Assembly: GCA_963712745.1 (NCBI GenBank)
Contig: CAVQJC010000008.1
Coordinates: forward strand, 1 to 64,000
DNA length: 64,000 nucleotides
Origin: an uncultured Chloroflexia bacterium
GTDB lineage: Bacteria; Chloroflexota; Limnocylindria; Limnocylindrales; CSP1-4
Reading direction: 5' to 3'
In this document: piece after piece, positions 9,964 to 18,826 of the stretch
Layout: every line of letters begins with the position of its first letter
Numbering within the stretch: position 1 is the first letter of the stretch
Position numbers and translations under genes: made by a program
Notes under the pieces: generated by a model
Database searches by the model: none
Told to the model about the DNA's origin: nothing
What the model saw: the letters and a program-made list of their open reading frames with translations, nothing else

Positions 9964-9988
9964 CGAGTGTCGGTTTGAGTCGGCGCTG

Positions 9989-10330
9989 CTACAGGTACGC
10001 CGCCAGCTTCTCCTCGGGTTTGGCAGTTAGCGCTCCGCGCCCGTCCGGGGGCGCCAGGCCAACCTGTTCGTCTGACGCCGTGTTCGGCGCCACCAAGCGC
10101 AGGCGCCGTGCCTCCGAACTGGCGATGAGGGGGGCGTACTGCGGGTCAGCCAGCGTGGCCGACACGATGTTCTTGTCGCGCACGCGCACCTCGCCGAAGA
10201 ACGGCCTGGCCGGCGGCGTCCACACGATGGAGTCGAGCTCCACCGACCGCTCCTTGGCCTGACGCGCTCCACGAGGAGTTGGATGAGTTCCGCGAGCTGG
10301 GACGGGTGGCCTTCTCGACGTTCGCCGCCA
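9989..10330 (-). pseudogene. C-terminal remnant of a probable large serine recombinase with att-like core at 10041-10056
   Basis: SIVWTPPARPFF...APPDGRGALTAKPEEKLAAYL; tail shared with 14584-14651. Confidence 0.55.
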
Positions 10331-10475
10331 TCGACACCATGATCCTGCGGTTGCGGTGTGGCTCGTACTGGGGTCGGTATTCGGCGACCGCTACCGGGTG
10401 CGGGTCAGCGAGGACGGGGCGGTCGTGGGGTTGTGGCGGCGCTAGCGCATGCACTCCTGTCCCGTTGCCTGTCAG

Positions 10476-10661
10476 TCATTCCCACGGCTCCTCATGGTGT
10501 GGGTAGTCGCCGATGACGTGTCGCTTCCAGAGTGTCGCCAGCCAGTGGCGTAGTCGGTCGTTGGCGCGCTGTTTGCTGTCGTCGTAGACAGCATCATCGA
10601 CCTCCACCTCTGACCGAAGGCGCACGCGCGCCGCCCAGCCGACTTGCTGTTCACTGCTCAT
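10476..10661 (-). CDS. Small hypothetical protein
   Basis: ORF MSSEQQVGW...PWE with plausible composition; no homolog recognised. Confidence 0.35.
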   Translation of the reverse strand: MSSEQQVGWAARVRLRSEVEVDDAVYDDSKQRANDRLRHWLATLWKRHVIGDYPHHEEPWE

Positions 10662-10994
10662 GCCCGCATGTGACCAGAAGCACGTCCGCACTTCCAGGTG
10701 ACGGATGGCCCAGCCAGGTAGGACGGCTGGGGTGGCCTGGGCGCCAGGACCAATGCCACGGCGGCATCTATGAGCCTATCCCCGCTGCGAACCGCTACGG
10801 CCTGATACATCGGCTCACAGACGATGCCAGATCCCCGAGCTGACGACCGTTGCCGGAGCCGGTGCGCCACGTTGGCCCTCGCCACCTAGCCCTCCCTGAT
10901 CCGGCTGTGGACAATTCGCCTCGACAACGCAAACCGCCGTGCTGTACGTTCCGCCCTCAAGGTCACGCTCTGCGGTCGATGCCGCAGCCTGCCG

Positions 10995-11540
10995 GTGACG
11001 ACCACGCTGGGGGGCGTCGGAATCGAGTCGAAGAAGCGACTGACGATGGCCCTGGCCGCGGGTGCGCTCGTGGCGGCGATGCTGCCTGGCGCGGTCTCGG
11101 CAGTACCCACACCCCCCACCGTTGACGCCTGCAGCGCCAGCCCGGAGACGCTCTGGCCGCCGAACCACCAACTGGTGGCGGTCACGGCCACGGTCAGCGC
11201 GACGGATCATGAAGGTAATCCGCTGACCCCATCTCTCGTCAGCGTGACCTCGAACGAGGCGGACAACGACATCGGAGACGGGAACACGCCGAATGGCATC
11301 GTAATCGTGGATGACTACACGTTTCAGCTGCGAGCCGAGCGTGCTGCAGCAGGCGACGGTCGCGAGTACGTGATCTCGTACATGGTGACGGATTACGGCG
11401 GCAACACGGCAACATGCAGCGTCGAGGTCTTCGTCCCGCACCTTGACTGGGGGAGTCAGGACGTATCGGGAGAGAACATCCAGGGCGTCATCTTCCCGAG
11501 CGCTATGCCTCCAGTCCCCCAGCCGTACAGCGCCGAGTAG
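10995..11540 (+). CDS. Secreted protein with LWPPNH (Ig/HYR-like) domain and a DPRLSG-type C-terminal tail; start uncertain
   Basis: Signal peptide; LWPPNH...QLRAER..GDGREY.I.Y.VTD..GN; tail IQGVIFPSAMPPVP. Confidence 0.75.
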   Translation: MTTTLGGVGIESKKRLTMALAAGALVAAMLPGAVSAVPTPPTVDACSASPETLWPPNHQLVAVTATVSATDHEGNPLTPSLVSVTSNEADNDIGDGNTPNGIVIVDDYTFQLRAERAAAGDGREYVISYMVTDYGGNTATCSVEVFVPHLDWGSQDVSGENIQGVIFPSAMPPVPQPYSAE

Positions 11541-11574
11541 TCCCATCGCGCCGCCTCGGCTGCCCGGGGCACTG

Positions 11575-11604
11575 AAGCGCCCGTCCCGCTCTGGGGCGGG
11601 CCTT
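11575..11604 (+). repeat. Hairpin repeat copy 7 (variant loop)
   Basis: GCCCGTCCC-GCTCT-GGGGCGGGC; same upstream 30-nt motif as copy 6. Confidence 0.8.
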
Positions 11605-11605
11605 C

Positions 11606-11839
11606 TCATGTCCGCCGCCACAGCCCCACGACGCTCCCGTCGTCGCTCACCTTCACCCGGTACCGCTCGCCGAGCGCCGATGCGAGGATAAGCCGCAGGC
11701 CCTCGACGTCGGTCGCCAGCTCCACGGCGGCACGGATGACCTGACCGGCGTGGGTGTATGGCCCCAGATGTGGGTCATCGTGGCGGACGCGGAGTTGCTG
11801 GCCCTGCCAGGGGACGATGAGCGGCTCGGGGGCCTTCAC
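11606..11839 (-). CDS. Small GDRYRV-family hypothetical protein
   Basis: Full-length member; fragments at 1770-1921 and about 10370-10445. Confidence 0.6.
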   Translation of the reverse strand: MKAPEPLIVPWQGQQLRVRHDDPHLGPYTHAGQVIRAAVELATDVEGLRLILASALGERYRVKVSDDGSVVGLWRRT

Positions 11840-11995
11840 GGACCGAGCCTAGCGGGGTGCCAGTGCCAGCTCGCTCGACAGCGGGCGGACAATATCGGCA
11901 CACGCGGGAGGCGATGAGGCACGGCCCACACCCTGGCCGCCGGGACCGTGTCCGAGCCACTGGCGGACCCGACCCGCGCATGTGAGGGGGATGTC

Positions 11996-12544
11996 ATGCG
12001 CACGCTACGTGTGTCCCTGATCGGGACGGTCATCTTGATGCTGCTCGGCGGACTGAGCGGCGCCCTGCTGGCCCAGAACGAAGAAGGGCCGACCGTGACT
12101 CCTGTCACCGGGACACAGACCAGCTTGAAGGTGGTGGGCCTCCCCGAGAGCACGGAGCAGGATGGCATCGAGTCACTCCGAGGCCTCCAGTACGAGCGCG
12201 TCATCGAGTGGAGTGACCCGCGTCTGCCGTCGCTGCTCCTGTCCAACATCAACGCCAACTGGCACGCGGTCGGGGAAGACGCGGTCGGAGAGTTCGCCCA
12301 GACCCACCGACTGGTCGGCGATGATGGCGACTGGGTCGGGACGGAGTACGGCTTCATGGACCCAGGGTCGTCCATCGGACTGCATGTCTACACCGGCGAG
12401 GGTGCCTACGAGGGTCTCTCGGCGATGCTCGCAGGTACTGTCGTGGTAGATGCTGACGGCAACGAGGCCACCGTCTGGAACGGCTACATCTTCGCGAGTG
12501 AACTGCCCCCGATGCCGGACCCGGTGGAGGCACCGACCGAGTAA
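11996..12544 (+). CDS. Secreted DPRLSG-family protein (paralog 3)
   Basis: Leader and signal peptide nearly identical to paralog 1; SDPRLPS, GEGAYEGLSA, IFASELPPMP. Confidence 0.85.
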   Translation: MRTLRVSLIGTVILMLLGGLSGALLAQNEEGPTVTPVTGTQTSLKVVGLPESTEQDGIESLRGLQYERVIEWSDPRLPSLLLSNINANWHAVGEDAVGEFAQTHRLVGDDGDWVGTEYGFMDPGSSIGLHVYTGEGAYEGLSAMLAGTVVVDADGNEATVWNGYIFASELPPMPDPVEAPTE

Positions 12545-12569
12545 CCCGCTCGCGCCGCCTCGGTTGCCT

Positions 12570-12597
12570 GAGGCCCGTCCCGCGAGGGGCGGGCCTC
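12570..12597 (+). repeat. GNRA hairpin repeat copy 8
   Basis: Exact match to copy 1. Confidence 0.9.
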
Positions 12598-12906
12598 TTC
12601 GTGTCGGAGGAGGTTCGCGGCGACCAGACAGCCCACGACGTGTCCATCTCTTGTCCGGTCCCCACGCTCAGCCCTGGCGGCGCCGCGAGCCAGCTCACCC
12701 ATACAGACATCCACTCCGACACCATCGACGCGACTGGTCGTCTGCGGGCGGTCCCATGACGTGCTCCAGCAGTTCCTGCACGCTGGAACGGTGCCACCAC
12801 CCCGCGCGCATGTGTCCGCTCGCAGCGAGGGCTACGATGGAGCCAGACGGTGACTCCGCCCCTCGTCGCGGCGAGGAGAGGCCGGAGGCCGAGACAGCCC
12901 GAAAGG

Positions 12907-13605
12907 GTGGTCGTCATCAACAAGTCCCACGACTACCACGCCCTCGAGCGCGAGTTCATCACCACCGACATCTCCATCAGGGCGTTGTGCCGCCAGCACG
13001 GCATCACCGCCCACTCCGCCGTCGTCGTCCAGGCCCGCAAGGGGGACTGGGAGAAGAAGCGCGAGACCTACCGGGCCCGCGCCAGCGAGTCCTTCATCGA
13101 GCACCACGCCGAGCGCATGGCCGACCGCCAGGCCGAGATCCACGACGAGGTCCTCGAGGCCATCGCTGAGGCCATCGCCAGGTTCAGGGCCGACCTGCAG
13201 GCGACGAAGCTGGTCAGGCAGCCCGACGGCCGCATCACCGAGGAGCCTGCCTGGTCCATGACACCCCGCGATGTGTGCCTCATCATCGACCGCTTCCAGG
13301 TGCTGTTCGCCAGGCCGTCATCGATCAGCCAGCACCAGGGCCTCACCGGCACCTCCGAGCTGACCGCCGATGTCCTCCTCGAGTACATCGAGGCGACCCG
13401 TGGCATGGTCGAGCCACCATCGCCGGGCTCACATATCCCGCGATCACCGCGCCGGCCGGACGACCGAGGGGACTGGTGGACAAGGTGGACAGGTGCCGGT
13501 CTTGGTGGCGAGTTCTCCGATGCGCATGGCCCCGCGCTGGACCCCGGAACCGCTCTGATGTCGCGCCGTGCCTGTTGCCTACCTATGCGCCCATCACGGT
13601 CGTGA
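12907..13605 (+). CDS. Terminase-small-subunit-like HTH protein, copy 3 (native stop lost near 13470, read-through tail)
   Basis: Near-identical to copy 1 up to about 13469. Confidence 0.65.
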   Translation: MVVINKSHDYHALEREFITTDISIRALCRQHGITAHSAVVVQARKGDWEKKRETYRARASESFIEHHAERMADRQAEIHDEVLEAIAEAIARFRADLQATKLVRQPDGRITEEPAWSMTPRDVCLIIDRFQVLFARPSSISQHQGLTGTSELTADVLLEYIEATRGMVEPPSPGSHIPRSPRRPDDRGDWWTRWTGAGLGGEFSDAHGPALDPGTALMSRRACCLPMRPSRS

Positions 13606-13981
13606 GGATGGCGAAGCCCTCCTCGCTGCCCTGCCAACGAGCTCGCAGGTCGGCGGTGCCAAGGCGATGGCGGACATACCGCAGCGCGAGGACGATGACG
13701 ATGACCTCGTCGAGCAGCCCGATGACGGGGATGAACTCCGGGACCGGATCGATGGGGCTGATGACCCAGACCAGCGCCCCGACTACCACGAGGCGGACAT
13801 CGAGCGGGACCGCACCATCGGTCACGACCGAGCGGGTCAGCCGCAACAGGTCCGGCACGACCCGCAGCAACGCTCGGACGGGCACGCCCTTGGGGCGTAG
13901 CAGCCACAGCAAGGCAAGCAGCAGGGTCCACACGACGAGCAGACCCACGATGATGCCGACGAGGAGTGCGACTGGGTCCAT
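13583..13981 (-). CDS. DUF1232/YkvA-family membrane protein
   Basis: ISPIDPVPEFIPVIGLLDE motif. Confidence 0.88.
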   Translation of the reverse strand: MDPVALLVGIIVGLLVVWTLLLALLWLLRPKGVPVRALLRVVPDLLRLTRSVVTDGAVPLDVRLVVVGALVWVISPIDPVPEFIPVIGLLDEVIVIVLALRYVRHRLGTADLRARWQGSEEGFAILTTVMGA

Positions 13982-14249
13982 CGCCGCTCATGGTGTCATG
14001 GCGGCCCGACCAGCCGTGGCGTCCGCCGGGTAGCCGTTAGCGGAAGGCCCTTGGTCCAGGGTCGGAGTCATGATCGCGGCTGGTCTCCTCGTGGAGACTC
14101 GAGGCTCGGCTGCGCGGCCAGCAACTCCATCACGAGCTCGCTGACACCCGTGATCACGAACGTTGGCCGAGCGCCCCCAGAACCGTCCAGGGCGCTCGGC
14201 CATGCAGACGCTCCCCGCCACTCCGGAGGCATGCGCTCCAGGGTCTCGG

Positions 14250-14580
14250 TATTGCGCATCGCGCTCGTACCAGCCGTGCCGCCGGCCACGGAAGACTCGA
14301 CCGTCGGGCAGGGTAGGTGCCGTTGGGTACAAGCGCACCACGGTCATCGCACCAACGTCGCTGAGGGTGTTCGTGGCCGGATCGAGGATCTGGATCGAAG
14401 CGATGGGGTCGTGTGCTCGCTGGTCGAGGCCACCCACCAGCACTACGCTGCCGTCAGGCATGAGCGCCGCCGCGTGTCGGTAGCGAGGTACCACCATGGT
14501 CCCAGCCGCTTCGACCGGATCGCTCATGGGGTCGTAGATCTGAGGTCCGGCTCCATGGCCCGCGAGGAGCACGCGGCCAT
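14250..14580 (-). pseudogene. Kelch-repeat protein remnant
   Basis: PRYRHAAALMPDGSVVLVGG and RLYPTAPTLPDGRV repeats; truncated on both sides. Confidence 0.6.
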
Positions 14581-14583
14581 CTG

Positions 14584-14990
14584 CTAGAGGTAGGCTGCCA
14601 GCTTCTCCTCGGTACTGGCAGTTAGCACCCCGCGCCCGTCCGGGGCCGCCATTGCCAGACCGGCGTAGAACGGCCGAACTTCGGGCCTCGGCTCGATGGC
14701 GATGACCTCGCCGCGTCGGACCTCGACTCGCTCGACGTTGTGTCGGACGATCGCTCCCTGATGTTCCTGGCCAGCCTCGCGGATGATCTCGCCCATCGGT
14801 AGCAGCGTGGCCGCAGCCCGGTCGAAGGCGACGAGGTTCGACTCCTCGGGTGGCGGAAGCTCGGCAGGCTTGGTGCCAATTGCTGTCGCTGTCGCAGATA
14901 CTGGTTCTGATCGATGTTCTGCCAGAGGTGAAGGTCGTTGAGGCGTCGGAGCGCGGCCTCGAGACGCCCGCGCTGGATGCTCATGGATTG
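14584..14990 (-). pseudogene. C-terminal remnant of a probable large serine recombinase with att-like core at 14636-14651
   Basis: LEAALRRLNDLHLWQNIDQNQY coiled coil, then VERVEV...PRPEVRPFY..APDG..EEKLAAYL over several frames. Confidence 0.6.
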
Positions 14991-15174
14991 ATCAGGGACT
15001 GCTGCCGCGTGCCACGCAGGTGGCAAGTCCCACGGCTACCATCCTCTTGACGCCGATGAGCGTCACCCATCCAGAGCGGACGAGGGACTCGGCCCGATGA
15101 CTCCGCAGCAACCAGTCGGCTCCCTCAGCCGACACGGTGCTAACGCCGAGCGATGGTCAAAGGAGGGCCACCCC

Positions 15175-15435
15175 ATGGGTATCAAGCTCGACGTGTCGGT
15201 TGAGACACCCCTGTCCGATGACGAGCGCGACATCCTCGCGGGCATCAGCGTGATGGTGCTTGCCATCGCCAACCGCCAGAATCTCGCGAAGCAGGCCCTG
15301 GATCTGGAGGACGCCACGGAGGGCATGGAACCGCCCGTCTGTGCTGTTCAGCGTGAGGACGGCCACTACTGCGTGCGCGAGGCCGGCCACTCGGGCCGTC
15401 ACAAGTGCCGGCCTCTCAACGGCCTGATGCACTAG
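15175..15435 (+). CDS. Small protein with C-terminal C-x8-C-x5-H-x3-H putative metal-binding motif
   Basis: AAGGAGG RBS; CAVQREDGHYCVREAGHSGRH. Confidence 0.65.
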   Translation: MGIKLDVSVETPLSDDERDILAGISVMVLAIANRQNLAKQALDLEDATEGMEPPVCAVQREDGHYCVREAGHSGRHKCRPLNGLMH

Positions 15436-15511
15436 GTAGCCTCGGAGTCGGTGGACGAAGCACGCCCGCCGCGTCATCACAGCTTCAGGCCGAGAGCAAG
15501 TTGCCCCGCCT

Positions 15512-15540
15512 TGTCACAGTAGGCCGACGCCGTGCAGTTA
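15512..15540 (+). promoter_or_regulatory. Putative autoregulatory ECF promoter TGTCACA-N16-CAGTTA (leaderless)
   Basis: Same spacing (N16, N6 to ATG) as 5514-5542. Confidence 0.5.
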
Positions 15541-15546
15541 TGGGGT

Positions 15547-16092
15547 ATGGAGGCGGTGACACGGATGAAGGCCCGACAGAGCGACACGCTCGCGTCCGCT
15601 GCTGCCGGTGACGAGATCGCCTTCCGCCGCATCATCGCGGCGCACCACGAGGACATGCGCAGGGTCTGCCTTGCGGTCGCAGGTGACCACGCCGTCGCCG
15701 AAGAAGCCGTCCAGGCAGCCTGGCTTGTCGCGTGGAAGAAGCTCGACCGGGTCCACGGCCCCGACCAGCTCCGTCCATGGCTCGTCTCCGTGGCGGTCAC
15801 CGAAGCCAAGCAACTGCTGCGCAGGCAACGGCGACGTGCCGAGGTTGAGGCCATGGTGGACGCCACCGTTGAACCCGCCAGCGCCGATCCCGCGACGGGC
15901 ATCGCGTCCGTCGATCTCAAGGCAGCCCTGTTTCGGCTCGACGCCGATGACCGTGCCCTGCTAACGATGCGGTATGGCGCGGGCTTCAACTCCAACGAGC
16001 TCGCCGTCGCGACCGGCAAGTCGCCGGCAGCCATCCGCCAACGCCTCAAGCGCCTTGTTGACCGACTCCGTGAGGACCTGAGCCATGACTGA
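15547..16092 (+). CDS. ECF sigma-70 factor (paralog of 5549-6091)
   Basis: AAHHEDMRRVC...AEEAVQAAW...QLRPWLVSVAV; region 4. Confidence 0.92.
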   Translation: MEAVTRMKARQSDTLASAAAGDEIAFRRIIAAHHEDMRRVCLAVAGDHAVAEEAVQAAWLVAWKKLDRVHGPDQLRPWLVSVAVTEAKQLLRRQRRRAEVEAMVDATVEPASADPATGIASVDLKAALFRLDADDRALLTMRYGAGFNSNELAVATGKSPAAIRQRLKRLVDRLREDLSHD

Positions 16093-17464
16093 CATGACCG
16101 CCTTCGAGCGCCAACTGTCGGACGAGATCGCGGGCCTCATGGGTCCTGTCCGGCCCGTCGATGACGCCGCGATCTTCACCGCCATCACCGCCACCCAGTC
16201 CCCCAAGTGGAGGTTCCAGTCCATGTTCAGTGCGACCAAGTTCGTCGTCGCCGGTGCCATCGTGGCCCTGTTCGGCGGCTTCCTGCTCAGCGGGGTCCTG
16301 ACGCAGCCGAGCGACGAGGAGCCGTTCCCCCCTGCTGCCGCGTCGGCATCGTCGTCGCCCGAGGCAGACACGTCGGAACAGTCGGTGCGCTCCGACCTCC
16401 TGCCGGGCGTGGACCTCGTCACCGAGGAGGTCGAGCCGGGGGTGTACCGGGTACTGAGTGACGGCGTGCGGGACCTGAGTCGGGAGCTCGGCGCGCACCC
16501 GTGGTTCGATCGTACGGGCGGGTCTCTCGCCCTTGACGCGTTCGGGAGCGACATCTCGATCGCGCCGGATGGGTCGGTGTGGTACTTCGGGCCGGATGGC
16601 TCATATCGGATCGGGGACGCAAGCCGAGCGATCTCCGTCCAGTCCGAGCCAGTGAACCCTCGGTCGATCGAGTGGGCCACCGACGGCACCGCCTGGGGGA
16701 CCACGCATCAGCTCGTCAGGTTCGCGGACGGATCGTGGACCGCCGACGAGGACTTCCCTCGGAACACATCGGTCGGGGCCGTCGGAGCCGCTCCAGACGG
16801 CGTCGTTTGGGCAGCCTCCGACAACGGGAAGAAGGGTCGGGTGAGCCGGCTCGACGCGGACGGGTGGACACACATCGACGCAGTGCCTCGCGTCCAGATC
16901 GGGGACCTGAAGCCTGGCCACGACGACGATGTCTGGCTGATGGGGGGCCAGGAACGCCCCACCCTCGTACATTTCGATGGGTCGGGGTGGAACGTCGAAG
17001 AACCGACGGTCGTCCCACCCGATCACCGAGCAACGCTGATCGAGATGGCCGCCGATGGCTCCCTCTGGGCCTACTTCGGGGCTGGCGAGACGAGCCCCGG
17101 CTACCTTGGCCGGTACCAGGACGGCGAATGGACGGTGTTCAGCCCCGAGGACGGCGTTCCCGAGGCAGGAGGCTTCCTCTCCGGCATGGGCGCACCGGGC
17201 CTGATGGAGGCTGCGCCTGATGGCAGACTCTGGCTCACGCCCGAGGGGGACTGGCAGCGGACCAGCAACGACTGCGACGGCGTCACCAGCTTCGATGGCC
17301 AGACGTGGACGGGGTTCCTGTCGGGTGAATGCATCTACGGACTCGATGCAGCCGAAGACGGGACCCTCTGGCTCCTGGCCGGACGGCCCGAACGAGACGG
17401 CGACCGACCCGGCGACAGCCACACGTACGTCATCACCCCCGAGGCCGTGGCGGCCACCGAGTAG
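16085..17464 (+). CDS. Putative membrane anti-sigma factor with extracellular beta-propeller
   Basis: N-terminus and TM homologous to 6088; APDG repeats; ends TYVITPEAVAATE. Confidence 0.8.
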   Translation: MTDMTAFERQLSDEIAGLMGPVRPVDDAAIFTAITATQSPKWRFQSMFSATKFVVAGAIVALFGGFLLSGVLTQPSDEEPFPPAAASASSSPEADTSEQSVRSDLLPGVDLVTEEVEPGVYRVLSDGVRDLSRELGAHPWFDRTGGSLALDAFGSDISIAPDGSVWYFGPDGSYRIGDASRAISVQSEPVNPRSIEWATDGTAWGTTHQLVRFADGSWTADEDFPRNTSVGAVGAAPDGVVWAASDNGKKGRVSRLDADGWTHIDAVPRVQIGDLKPGHDDDVWLMGGQERPTLVHFDGSGWNVEEPTVVPPDHRATLIEMAADGSLWAYFGAGETSPGYLGRYQDGEWTVFSPEDGVPEAGGFLSGMGAPGLMEAAPDGRLWLTPEGDWQRTSNDCDGVTSFDGQTWTGFLSGECIYGLDAAEDGTLWLLAGRPERDGDRPGDSHTYVITPEAVAATE

Positions 17465-17709
17465 GGGCGCGGCAGCCGCCAACCAGACCACCACCCGACC
17501 ATGACCTCACCACCCTTCACGCTCAGCGCCGCGAGCCAGATCCAGGCAGGGATAGACCCCGACACGACCGTCATCTGCCCCTGCTCGAGCTGAGCCGCAC
17601 CGACATCGGCGTCACGGCGGTGCCCTGAAAACGGCGCCGCTCGCTCACGGGCATCCACCATCCTCGAAGGCTTCTGTGGCTGGTCGCGAGGGGGAGACTC
17701 TGGGAACGA

Positions 17710-17771
17710 GCGGGAGGCGATGAGGCACGGCCCACACCCTGGCCGCCGGGACCGCGCCGAGCCACTGGCGG
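17710..17771 (+). repeat. About 60-bp upstream element also at 11904-11966 (3' part at 2-15)
   Basis: GCGGGAGGCGATGAGGCACGGCCCACACCCTGGCCGCCGGGACCG..CCGAGCCACTGGCGG near-identical. Confidence 0.85.
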
Positions 17772-18262
17772 TGGCCTGCGGGAAGTGCGGACCATGCAGG
17801 GGACCGATGTGCTGTTGTCGCTCCCCCGAGATCGCCGGCGTCTTCATCGGCTTCGGGGCGCTCATCGCCGTGCGCGGCGGCGCCAGGCCAAGGCCGACCC
17901 ACTCGAGCTCAGTCCGTCCCACGCCGTTTCACCGCGCCAGAGGCCGCACTATCTGTCGCGTCGGTAACGGTACTGACGCAGATGAGCGTCCCTCCACAGC
18001 GACTCCCCGAGTTCCTCGAGTACCGCCTCGCGCCTGAGCCCACGACGCAAGGAGAGAAGCGATAGCCACACGGCAGGGTGATGGACCACCCTCGGCCACG
18101 GCGGGGCGTACGGGCGTTCTGGCGATGTCGCCTAGCAGGTGCCTATCTCGATGAAAACGGCTAATCCCGGCCTTGGTCGGCACCCGTACCCTATAGAGGA
18201 CCGGAACAGACTCGGTCCCCTCCGATGACCAGAGCGGTCGTCGGCCAAAGGGATGTGGGGGC

Positions 18263-18826
18263 ATGGACCAAGACCTCGTGGTGCGGGTTCAGCAAGGCGA
18301 CCAGCGTGCCTTCGAGGCACTCGCGCTGGCCGACCACCCACGCTTGTATCGGGTCGCCCACGGCATCCTCCGTGACCATCAGTCCGCTGAGGACGCGACC
18401 CAGCAGGCATTGCTCGACATCTGGCGTGACATCCATCGCCTACGTGAGCCATCCAAGTACGAGGGCTGGTCGTACCGACTCCTCGTCCATGCGTGTGGCA
18501 GAGAGGCCAAGCGGAGGCCGGATTGGCTCCCGGCCGACGCGATACCGCCAGAGCGGCAACCCCGGTCGGCTGATGAGTACGACACCGTCCTCGACCGTGA
18601 CCAACTGGAACGAGGGTTCCAGCATCTCTCTGTCGGCCACCGGGCCGTGGTCGTCCTTCGATACCTCTTGGACCTCACACCGGAGCAGGTGGCCGAGGTG
18701 CTGGGTATCCCTCGACGGACCGTCTACTCACGGCTCAAGCGAGCGATGCCGACCATGCGGGCTGCAATCGAAGCCGACGCACGCGGGACCACGCCGAGGC
18801 GAGTCGAGGAGGGGGCACTGCGATGA
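18263..18826 (+). CDS. ECF sigma-70 factor
   Basis: AEDATQQALLDIW..WSYRLL; VVVLRYLLDLTPEQVAEVLGIP..TVYSRL. Confidence 0.92.
   Translation: MDQDLVVRVQQGDQRAFEALALADHPRLYRVAHGILRDHQSAEDATQQALLDIWRDIHRLREPSKYEGWSYRLLVHACGREAKRRPDWLPADAIPPERQPRSADEYDTVLDRDQLERGFQHLSVGHRAVVVLRYLLDLTPEQVAEVLGIPRRTVYSRLKRAMPTMRAAIEADARGTTPRRVEEGALR

Noticed and set aside
9989-10056. tmRNA tag-like sequence (TAACT-GCC...AKPEEKLAAYL) on the minus strand, also at 14584-14651
   Set aside because: The peptide does not end at LAA, no tmRNA tRNA-like ends are on that strand, and it reads as the in-frame tail of the recombinase remnant
1-12600. Canonical integron with attC sites
   Set aside because: The repeat is too short, lacks clear R''/R' boxes and extrahelical-base pattern, and no tyrosine integrase is in the window; kept only as an analogy
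18226-18258. Shared TGACCAG...GATGTGG promoter with 39725-39755
   Set aside because: Spacer lengths differ (19 versus 17 nt) and there are only two instances; could be chance
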